Shown piece after piece: positions 26,001 through 36,200 of a DNA stretch of 64,000 bases. Numbering within the stretch: position 1 is the stretch's first letter; each line of letters starts with the position of its first letter. Below the pieces are notes generated by a model. That model saw only the letters and a list, made by a program, of their open reading frames with translations. It did no database searches and was not told the DNA's origin. The position numbers and the translations under genes were made by a program. Source of the stretch: Chiloscyllium plagiosum (Eukaryota); contig NC_057757.1 of the NCBI RefSeq assembly GCF_004010195.1, forward strand, positions 8,018,458-8,082,457, in the 5' to 3' direction.

Positions 26001-29000
26001 TCATAATGGTGTAGACCTCTATCAGGTCTCCTCTCTACCGCCATATTTCCAGTGAAAACAATCCTAGTCCTTTTAACCTTTCCCTATAGCCAATGCCCTC
26101 GGGACCGGGCAACGTCCTGCTGAACCCTCTCTACACTCTCTCCAAAGCTTCCAAGTCCATTTGCTGAGTGCAGCGACCAAAACCACACACAATACTCCAA
26201 ATGCGGCCTAACAAGAGTTTTATATCACTGGAACATGGTTTGCCAACTCCCTGCCCCAGCTGATGAAGGGTGCATGCCATATGCCTTCTTCATCACCCTG
26301 CCCAGTTTTAGGGAACTGTGGACCCGCACACCCAGCCCCATGGTCATGAATGTGGTGGCAAATTCCACAGGTTCACCTTCCCCCCCAACACCTCCTGCCG
26401 AGTGAAAAAAATGTTTCCTCATCTCAGTCCTAAATGATGTACCCTGTATTCTGAGGTTCTGACTGTGGTTTTAGATTCCCCAACCCAGAGAAAACATTTC
26501 CTGTGTTGAATCTGTCCAGCCCTATTCAATGTCCATATGTCTCAATCTGAGTGCCTCTCACCCTTCTAACAGACACAAGCAGACTAAGTTCTCCTCATAG
26601 GACGGTCCTACCATCCTTAATGTGCAGCTCCGTCAACATCTGGTGCACACCTCGATGGAAAGTATATCCTTCATCAGGTAGGGACACCAAACCTGCACAC
26701 CATAGTCCAGGTGTGGGGATCAGAGTGGTGCTGGAAAAGCACAACAGGTCAGGCAGCATCCTAGGAGCACGAAAATCGATGTTTCGCGAAGGAGCCCAAT
26801 TCCTGATGAAGGGCTTTTGTCTGAAACGTCGATTTTCCTGCTCCCTCGGATGCTGCCTGAACTGCTGTGCTTTTCCAACACCACTCTGAGGTGAACTCTG
26901 ATCTCCAGCATCTGCAGTCCTCACTTTCGCATAGTCCAGGTGTGGTCTCACCAAGGCCCTGTTTAACTGAAGCAAGACATCTCTACTTACACTCACAGAG
27001 ATGTACAGCACAGAAACAGACTCTTCGATCCAACTCATCCATGCTGACCAGGTATCCGAAATTAATCTAGTCCTGTTTGCTAGCACTTGGCCCATGTCCC
27101 TCCAAACCCTTCCTATTCATATACTTATCCAGAGGCCTTTTAAATGTTGTCATTGTACCAGTCTCTACCACCTCATTCCATACATGCAGCACCCTCTGCG
27201 TGGAAAAATTGCCCCTCAAGTGCCTTTTAAATCTTTCCCCTCTCATCCTAAACCTCTGCCCCTCTAGTTCTGGACTCCCCCCACCACAGGGAAAAGACCG
27301 TGTGTTTACCCTCTCCTTGAGATTTTGTAAACCTCTGTAAGGTCACCCCTCAGCATCCAACGCTCCAGGGAAAACGCTCCAGCCCCATCCTGTTCAGCCT
27401 CTCCCTGTAGCTCAAATCCTCCAACCCTGGCTCAAAACTCCTTACCCATTTTGTTGCATACCTTGATGCTGTGAAATAGATTAGATTAAATTCCTTACAG
27501 TGTGGAAACAGGCCCTTCGGCCCAACAAGTCCACACCGACCCTCCGAAGAACAACCCACCCAGACCCATTTCCCTCCGACTAATGTACTGAACACTCTGG
27601 GCAATTTAGCATGGCCAATCCACTCTAACCTGCACATCTTTGGACTGTGGGAGGAAACCGGAGCACCCGGAGGAAACCTACGCAGACACGGGGAGAACGT
27701 GCAAACTCCACACAGACAGTTGCCCGAAGGCAGGAATCGAACCTGGGACCCTGGTGCTGTGAGGCAGCAGTGCTAACCACTGAGCCACCGTGCCACCCTA
27801 ATAAGGTGGCATTCTGTTTCCAGCCTATATCATCCACGTTGTGCAACAGACTTCAATGCGCAAAATCATTCCAGCGCCAAGCAGCTTTGTCGGTGTGGGC
27901 ATTGGTTTGCTCAGTTGGCTGTGGGTCTGGTTTGTAATGTGATGGGGTCAATTCCCACATATCTGGTGTCACCATGCAGAATGCACCTTTTTGCACTCAC
28001 TCCTCCTGCCTGCCATGTTGTGCCCCCATCCCCCCAGGTTAAATTTTCCACCAGTCGTGACTCTCTGAAAAGAGAGAGTAGCCTGCTGGGATCTCAGGGG
28101 TAGCGAACTGTTCAAGCTCCCTTTAAATGGCATGTGACAACACTCTTATAGCTCTGGACGTTTCAGTCTGGGGTTGTTGCAAGTTCGGAAACTGGCATTC
28201 AGTTCTGAGGGTCAGCCAGAATGGGGTCTAAATTTACCATAATCCAGCAACCGGAAAAGAGGCTTCTTTCAGATCCACAGCTTGGTTTATACTGTGCTAA
28301 TGGACCCCAGGTTTACACGATGGCCCTGGTGGTGTCTGACTCTGATTGAGTGGGACATTGGGCGATTCTTCATGCCACCACTCAGTTCCCATCGGTTTAA
28401 CCATGTTGAAGTGCCCCCTCCCCTCCACAATCTTGGGGTCTGTCTCTGATGTCACAGAGTCCCTGCAGTGTGGAAGCAGGTCGCTCAGCCCATCGGGTCA
28501 GCACCAACCCTCCGAAGAGCATCTGATTCCAGATACACCCCATCCCCGCCACCATCCGCATTTCCCGTGGCCAGTCCACCCTAACCTGCGCATCTTTGGA
28601 CTTGCGGGAGGAAACCGGAGTGGTCGGAGGAAATCCACGCAGACACGGGGAGGATGTGCAAGCCCCACGCAGACGGTCACCTGAGGTGGGAATCGAACCC
28701 TGGATCCCCAGCGCTGTGGGGCAGCAGTTCCACTCCGATGACTGAGTGAATCTGCCAGAGATGATCTCACTAGTTCCCTGCAAACTCGCCGTGACATAGG
28801 CAGAACCCATATGAGTTGTATGGATAACGTTGTTATCCCACCACCTTGCCATTTAACTTGACTGTGGCCAATCATCTATTCCAATGCCACATCCCATCAC
28901 CTTGTATGAGAATATCTGAGGACTCTAATGGTCTCTTTCACCCCCCCGGATATAACTCAGTGGCTCCAACCTACAGTGGATAGATACAGGGGCTAGAAAC

Positions 29001-29155
29001 AATATTAAACTGCCTCTTAATGCACATCATCAAGGTTCCAAAGCACAGGTCAATCTGTATAAAAACCAGCGAGTCAGCAATAAAGCTGAAATTGCTTTAC
29101 CTGCCATTGACACAGCTAGGAGGCTGAATAGGAGGAAGATGTTTTGGTATACCAT
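1994..29155 (-). CDS. Multi-microexon gene for a secreted Gly/Tyr/His-rich repeat protein, 3'-incomplete. Exons: 29101-29155, 24041-24076, 22752-22775, 18137-18163, 13350-13373, 11089-11115, 5084-5107, 4553-4579, 1994-2017
   Basis: Exons were read by hand. All have AG/GT boundaries and all introns are phase 1, giving a stop-free 89-codon frame: [89 protein letters not shown](G). No stop exon was found in the window. Confidence 0.8.
2281..2792. mobile_element. ~510-bp insertion, solo-LTR-like or unclassified
   Basis: Absent from the paralogous units at ~5355 and ~10535. Starts TGTGAGAGAA, ends TTTTCCTCAA, and is flanked by ctgacat/ctgatat. Confidence 0.55.
2995..3310 (-). mobile_element. Penelope-like fragment, duplicated with the exon cassette (paralogs 5555-5885 and 9510-10020)
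   Basis: Translates to [16 protein letters not shown] / DSIPFS, similar to the Penelope ORF at 34360. All three copies share the same right junction (ctgagttt). Confidence 0.75.
3635..4180 (+). mobile_element. CR1 LINE 3' fragment
   Basis: Typical CR1 ORF2 C-terminus (RGD...F.QRVVN.WN.LP). Absent from the paralogous unit at ~6420. Confidence 0.8.
4553..4579 (-). CDS. 27-nt microexon type [10 protein letters not shown]
   Basis: atctctttgttccacAG|gaccttacgatcatggtcaccaccacg|GTAAAT. The branch motif has diverged to ctggc. Confidence 0.75.
5084..5107 (-). CDS. 24-nt microexon type B, GKGGYGDY
   Basis: gCTAACaccaatctgtttgctccacAG|gaaaaggtggttacggggattatg|GTAAAT. Confidence 0.8.
6790..6816 (-). 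pseudogene. Type-A microexon copy (GPYDHGHKH), acceptor AG>AT
   Basis: tttgttgcacAT|gaccttacgatcatggccacaaacatg|GTAAAT. Confidence 0.7.
8018..9025. mobile_element. Solo LTR with a nested HE1-type SINE
   Basis: Termini TGTTACA...TGTAATA (inverted); 4-bp TSD ACCT at 8014-8017 and 9026-9029. Confidence 0.75.
8310..8620 (+). mobile_element. HE1/V-SINE-type tRNA-derived SINE
   Basis: A box tggctcagtgg, B-box-like gattcgattc, conserved core ttctccccgtgtctgcgtgg, CR1-like tail ending (aatct)n. Confidence 0.9.
10068..10094 (-). pseudogene. Type-A microexon copy (GPYDYGYHH), donor GT>AA
   Basis: ttgctccacAG|gaccttatgattatggctaccaccacg|AAAAAT. Confidence 0.7.
10258..10281 (-). pseudogene. Type-B microexon copy (GKGSYGDY), acceptor AG>AA
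   Basis: tttgctccacAA|gaaaaggcagttacggggattatg|GTAAAT. The only usable AG is shifted by 1 nt, which would frameshift. Confidence 0.7.
10635..11370. repeat. Segmental duplicate of ~17713-18420, carrying a type-A exon
   Basis: Colinear high similarity from catggccctaatctctaacgaatgg to ttgttgcaa. Confidence 0.9.
11089..11115 (-). CDS. 27-nt microexon type [10 protein letters not shown]
   Basis: caCTAACacaaaactcttggctccacAG|gaccttatgattatggctaccatcacg|GTAAGT. Confidence 0.85.
11480..12085 (+). mobile_element. CR1/L2-clade LINE ORF2 fragment (same family as 46270-47321)
   Basis: Shares gatccatctcggcctcctccagtggtccccagcatca with the copy at ~46358. Confidence 0.7.
12123..12640. repeat. 29-bp minisatellite GGGACACACAGCTGTGCAGGGTCCCTGCT; first ~3 units inverted
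   Basis: Tandem units are directly visible; orientation switches at ~12215-12225. Confidence 0.95.
12230..13860. repeat. Segmental duplicate of ~21745-23280, carrying a type-B exon
   Basis: Colinear minisatellite, unique sequence, CR1 fragments and exon. Confidence 0.9.
13350..13373 (-). CDS. 24-nt microexon type B, GKGSYGYH
   Basis: actaatctgtttgctccacAG|gaaaaggcagttatggatatcatg|GTAAGC. Confidence 0.85.
13880..16010 (-). mobile_element. Cluster of nested CR1 3' fragments
   Basis: [21 protein letters not shown]...SKFADDTK and several FFTQRVV..WN.LP motifs. Confidence 0.9.
15821..15849. other. Assembly gap (29 N)
   Basis: N run. Confidence 1.
16375..16398 (-). pseudogene. Degenerate type-A microexon (GPHDSGYY), donor lost
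   Basis: ttcttccacAG|gcccacatgattctggctattaca|ATAAAC. Flanks are homologous to the other A copies. A SINE lies between the acceptor and the branch-point-equivalent sequence. Confidence 0.6.
16416..16716 (-). mobile_element. HE1-type SINE
   Basis: Reverse complement of the SINE at 8310. Confidence 0.9.
17000..17712 (-). mobile_element. CR1 3' fragments
   Basis: [27 protein letters not shown]. Confidence 0.85.
18137..18163 (-). CDS. 27-nt microexon type [10 protein letters not shown]
   Basis: caCTAACacaaaactcttggctccacAG|gaccttacgattatggctaccaccatg|GTAAAT. Confidence 0.85.
18698..19002 (-). mobile_element. CR1 3' end
   Basis: [17 protein letters not shown] and a (ctatgact)n tail. Confidence 0.9.
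19617..19945 (-). mobile_element. HE1-type SINE
   Basis: Full-length similarity to the other copies. Confidence 0.9.
20765..21680. mobile_element. SINE (-, ~20765-21090), CR1 fragment (-) and partial SINE (+, ~21441-21625)
   Basis: Similarity to the other copies in the window. Confidence 0.85.
21745..22102. repeat. Paralogous 29-bp minisatellite
   Basis: Same unit and same downstream flank as 12640 onward. Confidence 0.95.
22752..22775 (-). CDS. 24-nt microexon type B, GKGSYGYH
   Basis: actaatctgtttgctccacAG|gaaaaggcagttatggatatcatg|GTAAGT. Confidence 0.85.
23415..23750 (+). mobile_element. CR1 3' end
   Basis: Similarity to 43000-43345. Confidence 0.85.
24041..24076 (-). CDS. 36-nt phase 1-1 exon, (A)[11 protein letters not shown]
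   Basis: Branch point and acceptor gCTAACacaactctctttcctcctcAG; donor CAG|GTATGA; in frame with the signal exon. Confidence 0.85.
24225..24516 (-). mobile_element. HE1-type SINE
   Basis: (agatt)n tail and SINE core. Confidence 0.9.
25560..27430 (-). mobile_element. Nested CR1 fragments with a Penelope terminal palindrome (~26720-26930)
   Basis: CR1 motifs. The palindromic insert is flanked by catagtccaggtgtgg at ~26701 and ~26930. Confidence 0.8.
27476..27799 (-). mobile_element. HE1-type SINE
   Basis: Full-length copy. Confidence 0.9.
28455..28745 (-). mobile_element. Diverged HE1-type SINE
   Basis: Core similarity. Confidence 0.8.
29101..29155 (-). CDS. First coding exon: signal peptide [18 protein letters not shown](+g)
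   Basis: ATG in a strong Kozak context (gcaATCATGG; A at -3, G at +4), hydrophobic core [10 protein letters not shown], small residues S-M-A at the likely cleavage site, donor GCAG|GTAAAG, and TATAAAA ~50 nt upstream of the ATG. Confidence 0.85.
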
Positions 29156-29179
29156 GATTGCGGTGAATTCTCAACCTCG

Positions 29180-29270
29180 ATAGCTTCTGCATTGCGAACG
29201 CTGGATTTTATACGTTTCACAAAGCGCTTCTCAGAGCCAGGTATGTGAGCTTTGGCCTCAGTCCAATCTT
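29180..29270 (-). promoter_or_regulatory. TATA-box promoter of the microexon gene, with CCAAT box
   Basis: TATAAAA on the minus strand at 29206-29212 predicts a TSS near 29182, ~27 nt before the ATG. CCAAT at 29263-29267 lies about 80 nt upstream of that TSS. Confidence 0.7.
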
Positions 29271-29869
29271 CTGACTCCCGGGGAAACAAAAAGCCTCTGT
29301 CCAGGTTACAATAAACTTGGCAGTGGTGAAGCAGTGCTTGATGAAAGGCTTGTCAAAACGATGCGATGTCGAGTTAACAAAAGATGGTCGAGATAATCCA
29401 TTGGAACGTTGTTCTAATTGGAAACCCACTACGGGTTGAGAAAGCCAACATCTACTGACAAGGAGGTCACTGCAGAAAAACATTTCCAAAAGTGGTCGAT
29501 TTCATCCAGGAATGCTTTTGACAATGATTCTGTCAAAACTGTAAATGTTAATACGGTGTTTGTATCAATGTTATATTGATTCAGGGGCAAAGAAACTGAA
29601 CTGCAAATCAATTGAGATATGGGGTGTACATTAAACTCAATATCTCTGGAGAAAAAGTAGAAGGGACCATATGTTGACGAGTTCAACAGGAAAGGACATT
29701 TTGGTTAAAGTCCCTTAGGGTCATAGCTTTACATTGACTAGAGGTGCTCAGTATTTCTCCATCAACAGGCGATATCTATAGCCTGACCATAATCTCTCAG
29801 TTTACGTACTGCATCCAAACAAGGTATTAGCACACTGACTGCGCTCAGTGTAAACACATGTCACCACCA

Positions 29870-30500
29870 TAAATAGGGACAGGAGTAGACCATTTGGCTC
29901 GTTGTACCTGCTGTAACATTCAGTAGGATTGTGGCTGATCCAACATTCCTGATATCAGCTTTCGTATTCCTTCCCTGTAACCACGATTGATCAAGAATTT
30001 GTCTATCTCAGCCTTAAGGACTCTGCCCAACAGCTCTCTTTGGCAAGGAGTTTCAAACACTCACAACTCTCTGGGAGAAGAAACTCCCCCTCATCTCCGT
30101 CTTACATGGGTGTCCCTTTATTCTGGGACAATGCCGTCTGGTTCCAGACTCTCCCACGATGGGAAAGAACTTCTTACAATTTACCCTGTCAAGTCGGTCA
30201 AGAATCCCGTATGATCGCTTCTCATTCTCGGCTCCAGAGAGGAGAATCCCAATCTGTTTAGCCTTTGCTCATAAGACAAACCATCCGTACCAAGCATCAT
30301 TCGTGTGAACCTTCTCTGGATTGCCTCTATTACAACTGCATCCCTCCTCAATTAAGGGCACCAAACCTCGATACAGTACTCCAGATATGGTCTCATTAAT
30401 ACCTCGTACAGTTGTTGCAACACTCCCCTACTTTTATACTCAATTCTTTTTGCTCCAAATGTTAGAATTCTATCTGCTTTCCTTACTACCTGCTTACTAC
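29870..30500 (-). mobile_element. Old CR1 fragment
   Basis: CR1 3' similarity. Confidence 0.65.
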
Positions 30501-30524
30501 TGTTCTGCATTTTCACAGGGAACC

Positions 30525-31030
30525 TGTTGACTGCGGTCTCTCGATAAAGTCACAGAGGTTATACTGTGGGGGGGGGGGGGAAGGGTAGGTCAGAGGATCT
30601 CCTCCTGGGCTTGGCCAAATTGGTCATAAATAAACAGGTCCAGACAGCGGGCAGTGGAAGGGGTCGTTAGTGCCGACTGCCTGCCCCTCTTCCACGGCTA
30701 CGTCAGAGCCTGGGTCTCCCTGGAGAAGGAGCACACGGTGTCCACCAACACCCTCGAGGATTTCAGGGAGAGGTGGGCGCCGCGGGGTGTGGAGTGTTTT
30801 ATTTCCCCCTCCGACTCCATTTTGATTTAATCCCTGCCCTCCCCCTTCACTGTTTGATCACACAGCATTGCCCTCTGAGGAGAAGGGCATTGCTTGTCAC
30901 TGGCCACTCGGGTGTTTCCTCTCTTCCTGGTGGTGGGAAATGAATAAAGATTTATGCACCTTGTGTCTCTCACTGTGTCTCACACCTGCCCACACACAAC
31001 ATGGGTGCGGGGGAAAATATAAGCACTACT
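30525..31030 (+). mobile_element. Tx1/L1-clade LINE 3' end
   Basis: ORF end resembling LLGLAK...YVRAWVSLEKEH, followed by a 3' UTR with AATAAA. Confidence 0.6.
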
Positions 31031-31375
31031 ACATAACAGCAGTACCATGGGAATAAAATATATAGAAAAATGAAAGAAAAAGAAACAAAAACAGGAAATA
31101 GAGTCACGGAGGTCTATGGCACAGAAAAAGACCCTTCAAACAATCGAGTCTTTTCCAGTCAAAAACAAACAGGTAGCTATAATAAGCCTTTTTCCAACAC
31201 TTTGACTGTTAGCCTTCTGGTCATGGGTATATCTATTGGCTTCTTAAATGTTTTAAGATTTGTCCCTTTTAATTTTCTATTTACAACAATATGTCTGTTT
31301 TGTAACATGTGCTCGTCTTTGTATGACCCCATCATGGAGATATATCTGTGCACTTGTGTGAGTGCCCAGAGGGAG

Positions 31376-31603
31376 TTCCCTCTGACTAATGCACCTAACA
31401 CTACGGACAATTTAGCATGGCCAATTCACCCTGACCTGCACATCTTTGGACTGTGGGAGGAAACCGGAGCACCCGGAGGAAACCCAACCAGACACGGGGA
31501 AAATGTGCAAACTCCACACAAACAGTCGCCCAAAGCTGGAATTGAACCTGGGACCCTGGTGCTGTGAGGCAGCAGTGCTAACCACTGAGCCAGCGTGCCA
31601 CCC
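31376..31603 (-). mobile_element. HE1-type SINE
   Basis: Core similarity. Confidence 0.9.
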
Positions 31604-31729
31604 ATAAACAACAACCCACCCTGACGCTGCAAGCGTCGCTCACTTGTGAACCTCAGCACCATGCTTGGTCAGTGTGGGGATTGAACCCACGCTCTAACCA
31701 TGTGAGCTAACCAACCTACGCACCTGTAG

Positions 31730-32870
31730 GTTAACCTTCCATGGTTCCTACACTAGGACACCCAGGTCCCTTTGCAGTTCAGAACATTGCAACCTCTCAT
31801 CATTTAGATGATATGTTTCTTTTTTATTCTTTCTGCCAAGATAGACAATTTCACACATGAACCATTTTCATGTTTTAGTCCACTCAGATAGCTTATCTGC
31901 AACCATTTCAAGGTTCCTTATACAGTCATTGTGTCACACAGCATGAAAACAGACCCTTCGGTCCAACGTCGACCATAATCTCAAACTAAACTAGTCCCAC
32001 CTGCCTGCTCCTGGCCCATATCCATCCAATTTACTCTTGTACTTACTCACATCCACCACTTCCTCAGGAAGATCATTCCACACATGAACCACCAAGTAAA
32101 AAACATATTGCACATCTTTTTTTAAATCTCCCTCCTCTCACGTCAAAAATGTGACCCCTGGTCTTGCAATCCCCCATCCCAGGGAAAGGACAATGATCAT
32201 TAACCCTGTCTCGACCCCTCATTATTTTATAGACTTCCAGAAGGTCACCTCTCAACCTCCTACGCTCCAGTGAAAAAGTCCCAGTCTTTCCAGCCTTTTT
32301 TGATAACTTAAACCTTCCACACTCGGCAACGTCCTGGTAAATCTCTTCTGAACTCTCTGCAGCTTAATAAGATACTTCCAATAACTGGGTGACCAGAACT
32401 GGATACAATATTCCAGCAGAGGCCCCACCAATATCCTGCACAATCTCAACATAATGTTTCAACTGCTATACTCAAAGGACTGAGCAATGAAGGCAAGCAT
32501 GCAAAACAATCTTTTAACCACCCTGTTGATGTGTGAGGTAAACTTCAAAAACTTATGGACCTGAACCTCTAGGTCCCTCTGTTCTACAACACTACCAAAG
32601 GCCCGGCCATTAATTGTATTGTTTGTTGTACCAAAGTGCACTTATGCTGATAGAACTCTATCTGCCATTTATCAAACTGTACACTCACTTGATCAAGATC
32701 CTTTTCAAACCTTAAAGAATCTTCTTCACTGTTCAGTCTAAGATCAGACTAACCTCCAGTCAGAAAAACAACCTTCCTCCACCACTCTCTGTCTTCTACC
32801 ATAACTTTGGTCCCTTCATGCAAATCATTTCTATAAATTGTAAAGAGTTAAGGGCCTAGAACTAACTCCT
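31730..32870 (-). mobile_element. CR1 fragments
   Basis: HFG...EQRDLEVQVH and LEYCIQFWSP motifs. Confidence 0.85.
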
Positions 32871-32900
32871 TCCAGCCACTTATTCATACTGTCTGCTTCC

Positions 32901-33253
32901 TGGGTGACATGGTGGCTCAGTGGTTAGCACTACTGCCTCACAGTGCCAGGGACCCAGGTTTGATTCTAGCCTCAGACGACTCTCTGTGTGGAGTTTGCAC
33001 ATTCTCCCTGTGTCTGTGTGGGTTTCCTCCAGGTGCTCCGGTTTCCTCGCACAATCCAAAGCCATTCAGGTTAGGTGAATGGGCTGTGAAAAATTGCCCT
33101 GTAGTGTTCAGGGATGTGTAGGTTAGGTGCATTAGTCAGGGGTAAATGTCGAGTAACAGGATAGGGGAATGGGTCTGGGTGGGTTACTCTTTGGAGGGTC
33201 AGTGCCAACCTGTTGGGCCAAATGGCCTGTTTCCACACTGTAGAGATTCTATG
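32901..33253 (+). mobile_element. HE1-type SINE
   Basis: Full-length copy. Confidence 0.9.
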
Positions 33254-33811
33254 AGCCAGCCATTCTCATAATTCCAATATATTACCTGAAACACCATGAG
33301 TGTTTATCTGCCACAATAACCTTTGATTTGGTACCTTAACATATGTCTTCTTGAAATCTAAGAACAATAAGTACAGCACAAGTTACTTCTTCAAAGAACT
33401 CCAACCAATGAGTGCAGCATGATTCCCATTTGACAACACTACATTAGCTCTGCTTGGCTGCTCCTTCCCGAGGACAGATGTTAAGTGACCTGTGGTTTCC
33501 TGCTCTCTATCATCTTCTCTCTTTGAGTGAAGAAGTTACATGAGCTATTTTTCAATGTAATGGAACATCCCCTGAATTGCAAGCGTTTTGGAAAATTAAA
33601 ACCACCTAAAATCAACACTTTCACCAGTTACTAGACTCTGGAATGAAATCCATCAGGACCCGTGGATTTGTTAACTCACAGTCCCAACAATTTACTCAGT
33701 GCTATTTTCTTGGAAATTGTAATAGTTTTAAGTTACTCCCCCACCCCCATTTCATACCAACACAAAGTATCTGTTCAGTTGTCTGCTGTCTCTTTAAACT
33801 AAGTCTGGCAT

Positions 33812-34116
33812 TGGGGTGGCACGGTGGCTCAGTGGTTAGCACTGCTGCCTCACAGCACCAGAGTCCTAGGTTCAATTCCCACCTTGGGCAACTGTCTGTG
33901 TGGAGTTCGCATGTCTACGTGGGTTTCCTCTGGGTACTCAGGTTTCCTCCCACAGTCCAACGATGTGCAGGTTAGGTGAATTGGCCATGCTAAATTGTCC
34001 ATAGTGCTAAGTGCATTAGTTATAGGGGAATGGGTCTGGGTGGGCTGCCCTTCAGAGGGTTGGTGTGGACTTGTTGGGCTGAAGGAGCTGTTTCCACACT
34101 GAAGGGAATCTAATCT
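33812..34116 (+). mobile_element. HE1-type SINE
   Basis: Full-length copy. Confidence 0.9.
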
Positions 34117-34359
34117 CAATATATGGATTAAAGTATATGTTATTAGATAGATTAGAGTCTCAAATGATTTTCACCGGCCCTTTCTGAAAAGCTCTTATTA
34201 TTCCTTCCTTCAGGTTCCAACCCTCCATGTGGTTTAAAATTCTCTCAAACTCCCTACCTTTAGCAGGAACACTGGTCCTAAATGTGGTGGCAATCCCATT
34301 GGTATAGATCATACTTTTCTCAGTATCTATGTCTGAAAAGGCATGTACCCTTTCTGTAA

Positions 34360-35134
34360 GGGTACCTACCACCCCACCAACCTCCATATACATCGTATCA
34401 TCCGTCGTCATTTCCGCCACCTCCAAATGGACCCCACCACTAGGGATATATCTCCCTTCCCTCCCCTATCAGCGTTCCGAAAAGACCACTCCCTTCGTGA
34501 CTCCCTTGTCAGGTCCACACCCCCCACCAACCCAACCTCCACTCCCGGCACCTTCCCCTGCAACCGCAAGAAATGTAAAACTTGCGCTCACACCTCCCCC
34601 CTTACTTCCCTCCAAGGCCCCAAGGGATCCTTCCATATCCACCACAAATTCACTTGCACCTCCACACACATCATTTACTGTATCCACTGCACCCGATGTG
34701 GCCACCAAGCACATGCAGGTCCTTGGACTCCTCCATCGCCAGACCATAGCAGCACAACGGCTGGAGGAAGAGCGCCTCATCTTCCGCCTAGGAACCCTCC
34801 AACCACAAGGGATGAACTCAGATTTCTCCAACTTTCTCATTTTCCCTCCCCCCACCTTATCTCAGTCCCTACCCTCAGACTCAGCAATCTTCTTGACCTG
34901 CAATCTTCTTCCCGACCTCTCCGCCCCCACCCTCTCTCCGGCCTATCACCCTCACCTTAACCTCCTTCCACCTATCGCATTCCCAACGCCCCTCCTCCAA
35001 GTCCCTCCTCCCTACCTTTTATCTTAGCCTGCTTGGCACACCTTCCTCATTCCTGAAGAAGGGCTTATGTCGATTCTCCTGCTCCTTGAATGCTGCCTGA
35101 CCAGCTTCACTTTTCCAGCAACACATTTTCCAGC
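34360..35134 (+). mobile_element. Penelope-like element 3' part (Cys linker and GIY-YIG region with internal deletion, plus terminal repeat)
   Basis: PGTFPCNRKKCKTC...FTCTSTHIIYCIHCTRC and RLEEERLIFRLGTLQPQGMN. Confidence 0.9.
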
Positions 35135-35580
35135 TTGGAGGATTTGAACTACAGGTTGAGGCTGAACAGGCTGGGCTGTTTTCCCTGGAGTGTCGGAGGC
35201 TGAGGAGTGACCTCAGAGGTTTACAAAATCATGAGGGGGCATGGATAGGGTAAATAGGCAAGGTCTTTTCCCTGGGATGGGGGAGTCCAGAACTAGAGGG
35301 CATAGGTTTAGGGGGAGAGGGAAAAGATTTAAAAGGGACCTAAGGGGCAATGTTTTCACACAAAGGGTGGTACGTGCATGGAGTGAGCTGCCAGAGGAAG
35401 TGGAGGAGTCTGGTACAATTACTGCATTTAAAAGGCATCTGGATGGGTACATGAATAGGAAGGGTTTAGAGGCTTTTGGACCAAATGCTGGCAAATGGGA
35501 CTAGATTTGGTGAGGATATCTGGTTGGCATGGACGGGTTGGACCGAAGGGTCTGTTTCCATGCTGTACATCTCTATGAGT
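35135..35580 (+). mobile_element. CR1 3' end
   Basis: RGNVFTQRVVRAWSELP. Confidence 0.9.
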
Positions 35581-35859
35581 GGATAGAGAATTCCAAACAT
35601 TTCAATCTCAGAATAAATTCATGGTTGCCGTTGTCTTAAATTGGTCTGAAATGGCCTAGAAAGCTGCTCAGGTATTGGACTGGCAAATAAGTGTTTATAT
35701 TGTCACTTGTCCCCGGAAAGCCTTGAATCTTTTTAAAAATGAGAAAAATGGCACCAAGCATTTTGCGAAAGCAAGTCTTTAGCGGAAATAAGCAAGTAAT
35801 TTGGATAACACCCTGAATAATTTGTTTGCCACCTTTCTTGAAAACATCAATGCATATTG

Positions 35860-36200
35860 CTGTGGTTGTGTTCGCCGAGCTGGGAATTTGTGTTGCAGAC
35901 GTTTCGTCCCCTGTCTAGTTGACATCCTCAGTGCTTGGGAGCCTCCTGTGAAGCACTTCTGTGATCTTTCCTCCTGCATTTGTAGTGGTTTGAATCTGCC
36001 GCTTCCGGTTGTCAGTTCCAGCTGTCCGTTGCAGTGGTCAAACCACTACAAATGCCGGAGGAAAGATCACAGCACAGGAGGCTCCCAAGCACTGAGGATG
36101 TCACCTAGACAGGGGACGAAACGTCTGCAACACAAATTCCCAGCTCGGCGAACAGAATCACAACAACGAGCACCCAAGCTACAAATCCTTCTCCCAAACT
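35860..36200. mobile_element. Palindromic Penelope-type terminal element (second family) with hammerhead motifs
   Basis: Long inverted arms centred at ~36040. Confidence 0.75.
36089..36128 (+). ncRNA. Minimal type I hammerhead ribozyme motif
   Basis: gca-CTGAGGA-tgtcacctagacaggggac-GAAA-cGTC-tgc: core boxes, stem II, palindromic stem III and stem I gca/tgc. A mirror copy lies at ~35895-35934 (-). Confidence 0.65.

Noticed and set aside
28232..28262. ggattatg|GTAAAT, matching the end of type-B exons
   Set aside because: No AG acceptor at a suitable position and the flanks are not homologous; probably chance.
1994..29155. Calling the microexon gene an SCPP/histatin, collagen, elastin or actinodin
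   Set aside because: SCPP genes have phase-0 introns and a non-coding first exon, whereas here introns are phase 1 and the signal peptide is in exon 1. There is no sustained Gly-X-Y register, no VPG or KAAK elastin motifs and no Cys repeats.
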